Shown: piece by piece, positions 40,230 through 49,340 of the stretch
Position numbering within the stretch: the first letter of the stretch is position 1
Layout of the letters: each line of letters opens with the position of its first letter
Assembly (NCBI GenBank): GCA_026391215.1
Contig: JAPLDX010000068.1
Coordinates: 1 to 64,000 of the forward strand
Reading direction: 5' to 3'
From: Bacteroidia bacterium
GTDB lineage: Bacteria; Bacteroidota; Bacteroidia; Bacteroidales; VadinHA17
DNA length: 64,000 bases
Program-made: the position numbers and the translations under genes
Notes under the pieces: model-generated
Seen by the model: only the letters and a program-made list of their open reading frames with translations
Database searches by the model: none
Told to the model about the DNA's origin: nothing

Positions 40230-43200
40230 TCACCGGTTTGAAATTTTAAAGACCTGTAACGCATCGTTACTGCGTGCAACAACCAGCAATTTACCGTCTG
40301 AAGTACTCACCTCCTTGAAATCTCTGATCTCTCCGTCGAGACGAAATCCAGATGATTTTACCGGGATGTTTTTAAACCCTCCTCTTCCGTCACCCATTAA
40401 GAATGATCCATAACTGGCATCATAACGGCCCACCTCCGGTTTCACATTGTAAAGATTACCACCCAGGAGGATATCGGGTTTGCCATCAGCGTTATAATCT
40501 CCGGTTTCAGCAGCATAAACCGGTGAAAACTGCACTTCGACAGGCAGAGGTTTTCTTGTGAAATTTCCGGAACCGTCATTTAGAAAAAGGGAGGTTTCCA
40601 GAAGATATGCATCAAGATGGATAGAATTCTGTAACTGCTCCGGTGGAAATATATCTGTAATCTGCTGATCCTTATACATCTCATATTTTGGGTATTTTTT
40701 CCCCAGAGCAGGTATTTGTCTTGTCAGATCATGTTTCAGCGCAATAGGGTATGATTTATCACCATCATAAGCACATATTATTTGCTCTACCGTACCATTC
40801 AGGTCAAAATCATTCACATACATACTCACAGGTTTTTCGGATGTTGGTTTAAATCTGGAGTTTAATCCATGATTTCCGGCTATAAAATCAATATCACCAT
40901 CAGAGTCAAAATCCGCGGGAGCCAGGCAGTTCCACCAGCCTTCAGTTTTATCGGAGCCAAAAGCATCATTTTTTTCTTTGAACCTGCCATTTTCATTAAT
41001 GAACACCTTTATCGGCATCCAGTCTCCTGCCAGGATCATGTCTTCATCTTTATCACCGTCAACGTCTGCCCATAACATATCGCGGATCATGCCAACATTC
41101 ATTAGTCCCGGTGCAATCTCAGACGTAACATTGGTAAAATTTCCTTTGCCGTCATTATCAAGCAAATATCCGTTAACCGGCACTCCATACAAAAATGGCT
41201 TTAGCCGGATGCCTGCAAATAACTCAATATCCCCATCGTTATCAAAGTCCATAGGTCTGACGCAGGAAGTACTTTCATATTTGCCTGCAGGCAGAACCTG
41301 CGGTGATTTAATGAAATGGCCTTTCCCATCGTTTAAATATAACCGGTCAATCAAAGCAGATGAGCTCTCCGGAAATTCATTTCCTCCGCTGGCTACATAT
41401 AAATCAAGATCACCATCACCATCTGCATCGAACATTGCGCAATCAGTGTCTTCGGATATCTTGTCAGCTTCAAACAGCTGTTCTTCAACAGAAACAAATG
41501 TGCCATTCTTTCGCTGAATCATCAATGAGCCTGGCTGGCCTTTGGCTCCACCAATATATATATCATCCAGTCCGTCTCCGTTTACATCGCCTTTGCACAC
41601 ATGAGGACCTTCGGTTGACATCATTTGATATATCAATGGTTCCTGTTCAAAATCATTAAAATCATTCTCCTTATGAACGAAATTTATTCTGTTTTCCTTA
41701 CTTATATTTTGAAAATAAGCATTTTTAGAGCTTACGGTATCTATTAAGCTTATGGACTTTATTATGCCGTCTTTCTGATATAAAGTTAAAATCTGATCTG
41801 TTTTTACATCTGTCATAACTGTAACCCTGTCATCCGGCCATTCAACTACCAGTGAATCCACTATGGTTAAAGGACCTAATCCCAGATTAGGACGGGAATC
41901 GACTGTTGACAGATAGCCACGCATTGGCATTTGCTCAAGATATACCAGCTTACCTTTATGTTTAACCGTCACTTTGGCACCTATGGCTGCTGTATTTCCG
42001 GGTTCACCTTTCAGAATTATTTTCAAATAGTGATTGTCCGGCAACTGATGATCTGTTTCATTCCTGTAAATGAACATAGGCATATTAACATTGTTTACAA
42101 CCAGATCCAAATCCCCATCGTTATCAAGATCACCATAAGCAGCGCCATTTGAGAAACTTGGTGCATCCAGGCCCCATTCAGGTGCAACATTTTGAAATTT
42201 GTAATTTCCCATGTTTTTAAAGGCATAATTGGGAATTCTAACAGATGGAATAGCATCAATAAGGGTTTTATAGTCCACATCGTTGCCTGACACAATAGAT
42301 AAGACCATATCACGGTTAGAAAAATACTGAATATAGTCCTGATCGGTCAGGTCCTTGTAAATGCCATTTGCTTCATAAATATCCTTCAAACCATCATTAT
42401 CGAGATCCATGATCAGAGCGCCCCAGGACCAATCAGTGGCGGACACGCCTGCCAGCCTTCCGATTTCGCTGAAAGTCCCATTGGCGTTGTTTAATTGAAG
42501 CACATTACGAGTATACTGAGAGTGGTAACCATTATCAAGGCTGAATTTGTAATTTTCCCAATTATCAAAAGTTGTTTTTGTTTTTAAGCGGTCGTTATGT
42601 TCAGGTAGCATATCGGTAGCAAATATCTCCGGATAATGATCATTATTTAGATCGGCCATATCGCCTCCCATGGATGCTGCAGAAATGGATCTCATCATAT
42701 CCACCAATGTTTCCTTAAATGTTCCATCCTGATTATTAATGTAAATATAATCCCGTTCAAAAAAATCATTTGCAACATAGATATCCATCCAGCCATCCTG
42801 ATCAATATCCCCGACTGTAACGCCCAATCCAAATGCTATAGTGCTCCCATAAATACCAGCCTCTGCACTGACATCGGTAAATTTATTGCCATTGTTATTG
42901 AAGAGCTTAGAACCACCTACGGAATCGCGGACAAGGCGCTGATTTTCCTTAAGATTAAAACTGCTAATCGCTTTTGGAAAATTCTTTAATAAAAACAGGT
43001 CAAGATCACCGTCCTTGTCGTAATCAAAAAACACTCCCTGGGTTGAATTGCCGTTTTCATCTAAGCCATATTCTTTTGCTTTTTCTGTAAATGTCAGATC
43101 ACCATTGTTGATGTAAAACTCATTCCGGCTTTGAACGCCTTCTGCATTTCCTGATTTACATACATAGATATCTAACCAACCATCGCCATTGACGTCAGCA

Positions 43201-43589
43201 AAGCTGACACCTGTCGACCATCCTTTTCCTTCAATACCCGTCTGACGGGAAATATCTTCGAACCTGAAATTTCCATTATTCAAATACAGCTTATTATTGC
43301 CCATATTTGATGTCATAAATATATCTGGGAGACCATCATTATTCACATCCCCTATGGCTACACCTCCGCCGTTGTAAAAATTACGGAAAGTGTAAATGTT
43401 GAATTTGCTCTCAATTTGTCTATCGTAGTCCAATTGGTTGATAAAATCAGCATGAGTAACAGAAACTGGCATAAGTGTAAACAGATTATTTCCGGACTGT
43501 TTGCCACAAGCGCAAATAAACAATGGCAAAAGAAGCCATATATATCTTAGCGTTAGCGTGCGCCTGTTTGATTGAACTGTTCTGAACAT
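40230..43589 (-). CDS. VCBS/FG-GAP repeat plus ASPIC/UnbV (CRTAC1-like) lipoprotein, paralog 2
   Basis: Lipobox ICAC. NGGGVAIGDVNNDG, TDWSWG and AIGAKV...RGYLS. Repeated DxDxDG motifs. Confidence 0.88.
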   Translation of the reverse strand: MFRTVQSNRRTLTLRYIWLLLPLFICACGKQSGNNLFTLMPVSVTHADFINQLDYDRQIESKFNIYTFRNFYNGGGVAIGDVNNDGLPDIFMTSNMGNNKLYLNNGNFRFEDISRQTGIEGKGWSTGVSFADVNGDGWLDIYVCKSGNAEGVQSRNEFYINNGDLTFTEKAKEYGLDENGNSTQGVFFDYDKDGDLDLFLLKNFPKAISSFNLKENQRLVRDSVGGSKLFNNNGNKFTDVSAEAGIYGSTIAFGLGVTVGDIDQDGWMDIYVANDFFERDYIYINNQDGTFKETLVDMMRSISAASMGGDMADLNNDHYPEIFATDMLPEHNDRLKTKTTFDNWENYKFSLDNGYHSQYTRNVLQLNNANGTFSEIGRLAGVSATDWSWGALIMDLDNDGLKDIYEANGIYKDLTDQDYIQYFSNRDMVLSIVSGNDVDYKTLIDAIPSVRIPNYAFKNMGNYKFQNVAPEWGLDAPSFSNGAAYGDLDNDGDLDLVVNNVNMPMFIYRNETDHQLPDNHYLKIILKGEPGNTAAIGAKVTVKHKGKLVYLEQMPMRGYLSTVDSRPNLGLGPLTIVDSLVVEWPDDRVTVMTDVKTDQILTLYQKDGIIKSISLIDTVSSKNAYFQNISKENRINFVHKENDFNDFEQEPLIYQMMSTEGPHVCKGDVNGDGLDDIYIGGAKGQPGSLMIQRKNGTFVSVEEQLFEADKISEDTDCAMFDADGDGDLDLYVASGGNEFPESSSALIDRLYLNDGKGHFIKSPQVLPAGKYESTSCVRPMDFDNDGDIELFAGIRLKPFLYGVPVNGYLLDNDGKGNFTNVTSEIAPGLMNVGMIRDMLWADVDGDKDEDMILAGDWMPIKVFINENGRFKEKNDAFGSDKTEGWWNCLAPADFDSDGDIDFIAGNHGLNSRFKPTSEKPVSMYVNDFDLNGTVEQIICAYDGDKSYPIALKHDLTRQIPALGKKYPKYEMYKDQQITDIFPPEQLQNSIHLDAYLLETSLFLNDGSGNFTRKPLPVEVQFSPVYAAETGDYNADGKPDILLGGNLYNVKPEVGRYDASYGSFLMGDGRGGFKNIPVKSSGFRLDGEIRDFKEVSTSDGKLLVVARSNDALQVFKISNR

Positions 43590-43590
43590 T

Positions 43591-44217
43591 CTATTTCTTC
43601 AGACTATTCGTAGTGTCGTTCTGAATTATTCCCGGATTTGAAGCAGAATCATTCCACTCTTTTTTTACAGTCAGGTCAGTAAAAACGACCCACACATTCA
43701 ATTCATTTTCAATAAAAACTGTAATACGACGATTCCCGTCTATCTTTACAAATGCTGTCCCCCTTTCAGGATGCTTCACTTCTATAAAATCCTCACCGTA
43801 AATCTTTTCATACCATTTTAATATATCAATTTCGAGGTTATCTGAAGATAGTGTTTTATTCCAGGGTGCCCATCCTTTATATGTAAACCGAACAGGCATT
43901 TCATAAATTTTACCTTGAACAAATTTCGGATAGAAATTCATAGCGGCCGGATATTTCAGCTCATCTTTCAATTCATACAGAACGGTTGTATTATTTTCAC
44001 CCTGCCTGATTAATCCTTTCTTGTTAAGATTCCAACAATGAACATAGTAATCTTTTTCAGGCATTCCAAAGTAGAATCCCATAAATAACGAATCATATCT
44101 AACCCCGCTGGCCAGTTCATGCTTCAACTTACGCTCATATTTTGCTCTTGGTGAACATCCGGAAATAATAGAACCTGAAATAAGGATCATCACGAGCCAC
44201 ATAATTCTTGTCTTCAT
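43591..44217 (-). CDS. Hypothetical lipoprotein
   Basis: Lipobox ISGC. 208 aa, tightly coupled between two VCBS genes. No recognisable catalytic motif. Confidence 0.75.
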   Translation of the reverse strand: MKTRIMWLVMILISGSIISGCSPRAKYERKLKHELASGVRYDSLFMGFYFGMPEKDYYVHCWNLNKKGLIRQGENNTTVLYELKDELKYPAAMNFYPKFVQGKIYEMPVRFTYKGWAPWNKTLSSDNLEIDILKWYEKIYGEDFIEVKHPERGTAFVKIDGNRRITVFIENELNVWVVFTDLTVKKEWNDSASNPGIIQNDTTNSLKK

Positions 44218-44226
44218 AGTTTTCTA

Positions 44227-47200
44227 TCAATATTTATAAAACTGTAAATTATCATTATTTTTTGCAACTACGATGATCGGGCTTCCATTTATGTTCATAA
44301 TCTCAAGATCGCGTATCTCCCCTTTGGTAAAAAAACCAGATGTCAAAGAGGAAACAGACTGCCATGTTCCTCCAGAATTCCCTTTCAGGAAAAGGCCATA
44401 ACTCGCATCGTAAATTCCTGTCTCCGGTTTGCCCCTGTACTGGTTCCCTCCGATAAGGATATCACAATTTCCATCATTATCAAAATCTTCGGCAGCTATA
44501 GCATAAACCGGTGAGAACTGTGCTTCTACAGGAAGGGGAGTCAACTGAAAAGATCCCTTGCCGGTATTGATCATCAGGCAACTCTCCATGATTCGTGCAT
44601 TTAATTTAATTGACCGCTTCAAAACTTCATCAGGAAAAATATCTTCAATGGTTGCCTCCTTATAATCATCAAACTTCATGAATTTTTGCTTAAGGGAAGG
44701 AATTTGCTTTACCAGATCATCCTTCATTGCTAAAGGATATGATTTATCCCCGTTGTAAGTACAGATGATCTGTTCAATCGTACCATTCAGATCAAAATCA
44801 TTTATGAACATGGTAACAGGCTTCTTTTCTGAAGCTTTAAACCGTGAATTCAATCCATGATTACCCAATATTAAGTCCACATTTCCGTCTCTGTTCAAAT
44901 CTTTGGCAACAATCGTATGCCACCAGCCTTCCGTATTTGATAAACCAAACTTTTCGGACTGATCTGTAAAGATCCCATGATCATTAATAAATATCTTTAC
45001 AGGCATCCAGTCACCCACTATCACAATGTCCAGATCTCCATCACTATCCACATCAGCCCATGTCATATCTGTTATCATGCCGATGCCTGTCAATCCGGGT
45101 GCTAACTTCCCTGTTTCATTTAAAAAATTACCATGACCGTCATTTTCCAGCAGGTAGCCATTTGCCGGTAAACCATAACCGAACGGACGTAATCGAATAC
45201 CTACAAACATGTCAATATCTCCATCACCGTCAAAGTCTGCTGGCTGTACACAGGATGTACTCTCATATTTACCTGCTGGCAAAATTTGCCCGGATTTTAC
45301 AAAGCGTCCTTTGCCATCGTTAAAGTACAAACGATCCACCAGGGCCGATGAACTCTCCGGAAATTCATTTCCCCCACTTGCCACATATAGATCCTTATCT
45401 CCATCGCCGTCTGCATCAAAAAAAGCACAATCAGTATCTTCCGATATTCTGTCCGACGCAAACAATGTCTCATTTGTTTTTTTGAAACGTCCCTGTCCAT
45501 CCTGTACAAATAAGGCTCCCTGAGAATCCTTTGCACCACAAATATAGATATCATCAAGCCCATCGCTGTTCACATCGCCAACAGCTATATGAGGACCTTC
45601 ATTAGATAACATCTGAAACAGCAGCCTGTCGCGTTCAAAATCATTAAAATCATTCTCACTATGAATATAATTAAGATCATTGATCTTTTCTACCTTAAGG
45701 AATAGAGTCGGATTTACATAACCATGAATGTGAGAACATTCTTCAGACTTATCATTTTCATCAATAGTAAGAAACTGATTCACTCCAATATTATGCAGAA
45801 CGCTGTACCTGCCATCCGGCCAGTTCACGATCAGAGAATCAACAAAATTGCATTCCCCAAGGCCGAAATGGAGCCTGTTATCGACACTGGATTGAAATCC
45901 CCTTGCAGGTATTAGTTCAGAATAATTCGTTTTTCCATCAATGTAAAGAATTACGGAAGCTCCGATAGCATCTTTGTTTTTCCCTGCTCCTTTTAGTTTT
46001 ATTGAAAGATAATTTGTTCGGATGGATGTTTCTGTTTCATTTTTGTAAACAAATGACGGCATATTGACATTATTTACTACCAGGTCAAGATCACCGTCGT
46101 TATCAAGGTCGCCATAAGCAGCGCCATTAGAAAAGGAAGGTGTACTCAGTCCCCATTTTTCTGATAGATTGGTGAATGTCAGATCAGCGTTATTATGAAA
46201 AGCGTAGTTGGGAATTTTAACTGAAGGCATCATATCGATCAGGCTCAGGATTGCCGATTCTTCAGTCTTTATCATTGACCGCATGATGGAAGGATTAGAA
46301 TAGATGTTAAGATAATCGAGATCAAGCAGATCCTTGTATATCCCATTTGCTATAAAAATGTCTTTCCATCCGTCATTATCAAGATCCATTATCAAAGCCC
46401 CCCAGCTCCAGTCGGTTGCACTAACTCCGCTCAGCCTTCCTATTTCACTGAAAGATCCGTTCCTGTTATTCAGCTGAAGCACATTCCTGGCAAACTGATG
46501 ATAATAGCCACTGGTAACTTTCTTAGAGTATGCTTCCCAGCTCTCAAACAGTGCTTTTGTCTTTAGGCGTGCATTCCCTTCGGGAGTCATCTCTGTGGCA
46601 AAGATCTCAGGCCACGTATCATTGTTTATATCAGCAATATCTGCTCCCATAGCGCCAGCACTTATCTCGCGAATCTGGTCTTCAAGCGATTCTGTAAATG
46701 TGCCGTTCTTATTATTAATGTAAAGATAATCACGTTCAAAGAAATCATTTGAAACATAAATATCAGGCCACCCGTCACGGTTTATGTCTCCGACAGTGAC
46801 GCCAAGTCCAAAACCGATTTTACTGCAATATATGCCAGCTTCGAGGGTGATGTCAACAAAATGGCCATTATCATTCCGGTACAATTTATTACCTCCCAGA
46901 GTATCGGGTATTTGCCGCTGATAAGGTTTCATATCAAAATCAGTGACTGACTGAAATGAGTTGTTAAGAAGATAGCAATCGAGATCTCCGTCCCGGTCAT
47001 AATCGAAAAAGGATGCGTGGTTTGAAAGTCCTGAATTGCCAAGGCCATATTCATCTGCTTTTTCTGAAAAGGTAAGATCACCATTATTAATGAATAGCTC
47101 ATTGGAACGATGGGGAGTGTCAGGTTTTCCCGATTTGCATACGTATATATCAAGCCATCCATCGCCATTGACATCTGCAATGCTCACTCCTGTTGACCAT

Positions 47201-47559
47201 GAACCAGAACATGACACTCCTGCTCCTTGAGTGACATCCTCGAAAACAAAACTGCCCTTATTTATATAAAGCCTGTTTTCTGCCTGGTTCCCGCAGAAAT
47301 ATATGTCGGGAAGGCCATCATTATTAAAGTCACCCAGGCCCACACCAGCGCCATTATAGTAATTCCTGTATGTATATGTATTAAACTTCTCAGTATATTC
47401 CAGCTGATTTATGAAATCGATCCTAGTTTGTTTTTGGTTGAGAAGCGAGAACAGCGGTTTCTGAACCAGATCAGACCGTTTTGTCCGGCATGAGCTGAAT
47501 AAAACGAAAATTATCATCAGCACTGCTACAAATAAACTTCTTAACCTCATAAAATCCAT
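44227..47559 (-). CDS. VCBS/FG-GAP repeat plus ASPIC/UnbV (CRTAC1-like) lipoprotein, paralog 1
   Basis: Lipobox FSSC. NGAGVGLGDFNNDG, TDWSWG and AIGASV...RGFQSSVD..LHFGLG. Confidence 0.88.
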   Translation of the reverse strand: MDFMRLRSLFVAVLMIIFVLFSSCRTKRSDLVQKPLFSLLNQKQTRIDFINQLEYTEKFNTYTYRNYYNGAGVGLGDFNNDGLPDIYFCGNQAENRLYINKGSFVFEDVTQGAGVSCSGSWSTGVSIADVNGDGWLDIYVCKSGKPDTPHRSNELFINNGDLTFSEKADEYGLGNSGLSNHASFFDYDRDGDLDCYLLNNSFQSVTDFDMKPYQRQIPDTLGGNKLYRNDNGHFVDITLEAGIYCSKIGFGLGVTVGDINRDGWPDIYVSNDFFERDYLYINNKNGTFTESLEDQIREISAGAMGADIADINNDTWPEIFATEMTPEGNARLKTKALFESWEAYSKKVTSGYYHQFARNVLQLNNRNGSFSEIGRLSGVSATDWSWGALIMDLDNDGWKDIFIANGIYKDLLDLDYLNIYSNPSIMRSMIKTEESAILSLIDMMPSVKIPNYAFHNNADLTFTNLSEKWGLSTPSFSNGAAYGDLDNDGDLDLVVNNVNMPSFVYKNETETSIRTNYLSIKLKGAGKNKDAIGASVILYIDGKTNYSELIPARGFQSSVDNRLHFGLGECNFVDSLIVNWPDGRYSVLHNIGVNQFLTIDENDKSEECSHIHGYVNPTLFLKVEKINDLNYIHSENDFNDFERDRLLFQMLSNEGPHIAVGDVNSDGLDDIYICGAKDSQGALFVQDGQGRFKKTNETLFASDRISEDTDCAFFDADGDGDKDLYVASGGNEFPESSSALVDRLYFNDGKGRFVKSGQILPAGKYESTSCVQPADFDGDGDIDMFVGIRLRPFGYGLPANGYLLENDGHGNFLNETGKLAPGLTGIGMITDMTWADVDSDGDLDIVIVGDWMPVKIFINDHGIFTDQSEKFGLSNTEGWWHTIVAKDLNRDGNVDLILGNHGLNSRFKASEKKPVTMFINDFDLNGTIEQIICTYNGDKSYPLAMKDDLVKQIPSLKQKFMKFDDYKEATIEDIFPDEVLKRSIKLNARIMESCLMINTGKGSFQLTPLPVEAQFSPVYAIAAEDFDNDGNCDILIGGNQYRGKPETGIYDASYGLFLKGNSGGTWQSVSSLTSGFFTKGEIRDLEIMNINGSPIIVVAKNNDNLQFYKY

Positions 47560-47564
47560 ATCAT

Positions 47565-47605
47565 AAAAAGAGAGAGCAGGTAAATGTAATAATTACCTGC
47601 TCTCT
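47565..47605 (-). terminator. Strong hairpin/terminator between susD and the VCBS cluster
   Basis: 13-bp stem AGAGAGCAGGTAA/TTACCTGCTCTCT followed on the minus strand by CTTTTT. Confidence 0.8.
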
Positions 47606-47630
47606 AAAAGAAATTACTTAAATATTGTTG

Positions 47631-49322
47631 CTAATAACCCGTATTTTGAACCAGGTTAGGATTAGCTGCCAATTTAGATTTGTTAATTGGGAACAAAGAA
47701 CGATAAGCATCTGATTTCATTACATCTCCAACATTATTAAAGGGGAGTGTCCATTTTGAATTACTGGTCCATAATCCCCAGCGGATCAGATCCTGACGTC
47801 TGTTGTGTTCTGCAAACATTTCACGTCCCATTTCATTGAATAATTCACCTCCGGCAATGGCTGCACTTCCCATATCAAAACTCAGCTGTCCATCTAACGA
47901 AGTAAGATCAACCAAACCGGCCCGTTTTCTGATCTGGTTTACCAATGCCAATGCAGCGGCATCTGTGGGGCTATTGCTCTTACGCCAGAGCGCTTCTGCT
48001 TTCATCAGCATGACATCGGCATAACGGAATACTGCAAGATCATTGCTCATATTACCCGGATCGGATCCTACAGCAAATTCCCACTTGCCTATTCTGACTC
48101 CAGACTGTCGCCAGCACTGGGGGCCCAGTTCATTTATCTGACCTGCAGTTGAACCTATATTCCCAAAATTAAGAGGTTTTCCATCAGGATCTCCGGCATC
48201 AGCTCCGTCATCAACTACTTTTACTCCTCCGTTCGTGTATTGATAACCTGCAAGGAAATTGCCTCTTTTTCCAGCCGGAGCTGTAATTGTACCTACATCG
48301 CCTCTGCGAAGATCTGTAGCATCGTAGGATTTATAAAATTCCTCAAGCGTACAGAAACCATTCCACGGCTGCTGTGTAAGATTATAGGTATACTGGCTGC
48401 CATAATGCAATGTCTGGCATGCAATGTTGAATCCCTGGAAGAAAATCTGGTCGTAGGGTATAGCAAAGATAAATTCTTTGGACCCCGAATTGTTCACATT
48501 AAAATTTGTAAAATAGTTACTTTCCAGTGAATATTTACCTGAGTTTATAATCTCATCACAAGCTGTGATCACTTTATCCCACTGTGCAGTGCCAGTATAT
48601 ACTGCTGCATTAAGGTATAATTTAGCCAGCAACATCTGTCCTGCATAATAATTCATACGTCCGTAAGTTGTTCCGTCGACGGCTTTTGACAGCTTGGGAA
48701 CAGCTGTTTCCAGATCGCCAACAACAAAAGTGTACACCTCTGATCTTGACTTGGTTGCAGGTGCAGCTTCTCCGCTTGCGAAATCAGTAACAAGCGGGAC
48801 ATTACCATACATATCAATCAATTGCCAATAAAAGAAACCACGAACAGTCTCGAGTTCCGAAATATAAGCATCTGCTGCGGCCTGTTCTACCTGTCCGCTC
48901 TCAACAAGAGACTGAAACTGGTACATTAACCTGTTTGCAGTATTTACGCCGCTGAAGCAAAAGTCCCATGCACCACCTGTTGCGCTAACTTCATAATCCC
49001 ATGAATGTAAATGAAGCTTTCTCCAGTTACCTCCATCATCCCAGTCCGATCCTCTGGTAGGAACAGCCATCTCATCAGTAGTGACCTCCTGTAAACTAAA
49101 CATATCACCAGAAGCATAACCTCCAAACTGAGTATAAGCAGCGCCTAACGCTGAAACAAATTCTTTCTCTGATTTGAAGAAATTGTCGGGTGTTACCTCG
49201 CTGTAAAGAGTTTCATCCAATTTGGTGCACGACTGACTAAAAGCAATTACTATAATTGCAGTTAATGTTACTTTTATCAGAAGTATTGATTTTTTCATCA
49301 TATTTCTTACTATTGTTTTCAT
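47631..49322 (-). CDS. RagB/SusD family nutrient-binding lipoprotein
   Basis: Lipobox SQSC. RGFFYWQLIDMYGNVP, FRYADVMLMKAEA, RRQDLIRWG and NPNLVQN.GY. Confidence 0.95.
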   Translation of the reverse strand: MKTIVRNMMKKSILLIKVTLTAIIVIAFSQSCTKLDETLYSEVTPDNFFKSEKEFVSALGAAYTQFGGYASGDMFSLQEVTTDEMAVPTRGSDWDDGGNWRKLHLHSWDYEVSATGGAWDFCFSGVNTANRLMYQFQSLVESGQVEQAAADAYISELETVRGFFYWQLIDMYGNVPLVTDFASGEAAPATKSRSEVYTFVVGDLETAVPKLSKAVDGTTYGRMNYYAGQMLLAKLYLNAAVYTGTAQWDKVITACDEIINSGKYSLESNYFTNFNVNNSGSKEFIFAIPYDQIFFQGFNIACQTLHYGSQYTYNLTQQPWNGFCTLEEFYKSYDATDLRRGDVGTITAPAGKRGNFLAGYQYTNGGVKVVDDGADAGDPDGKPLNFGNIGSTAGQINELGPQCWRQSGVRIGKWEFAVGSDPGNMSNDLAVFRYADVMLMKAEALWRKSNSPTDAAALALVNQIRKRAGLVDLTSLDGQLSFDMGSAAIAGGELFNEMGREMFAEHNRRQDLIRWGLWTSNSKWTLPFNNVGDVMKSDAYRSLFPINKSKLAANPNLVQNTGY

Positions 49323-49340
49323 GTCTTTAAATTTTCAGGA

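Noticed and set aside
36900-47559. Recent tandem duplication or assembly duplication of the VCBS genes
   Set aside because: The paralogs share motifs but differ throughout at protein and DNA level, so the duplications are old.
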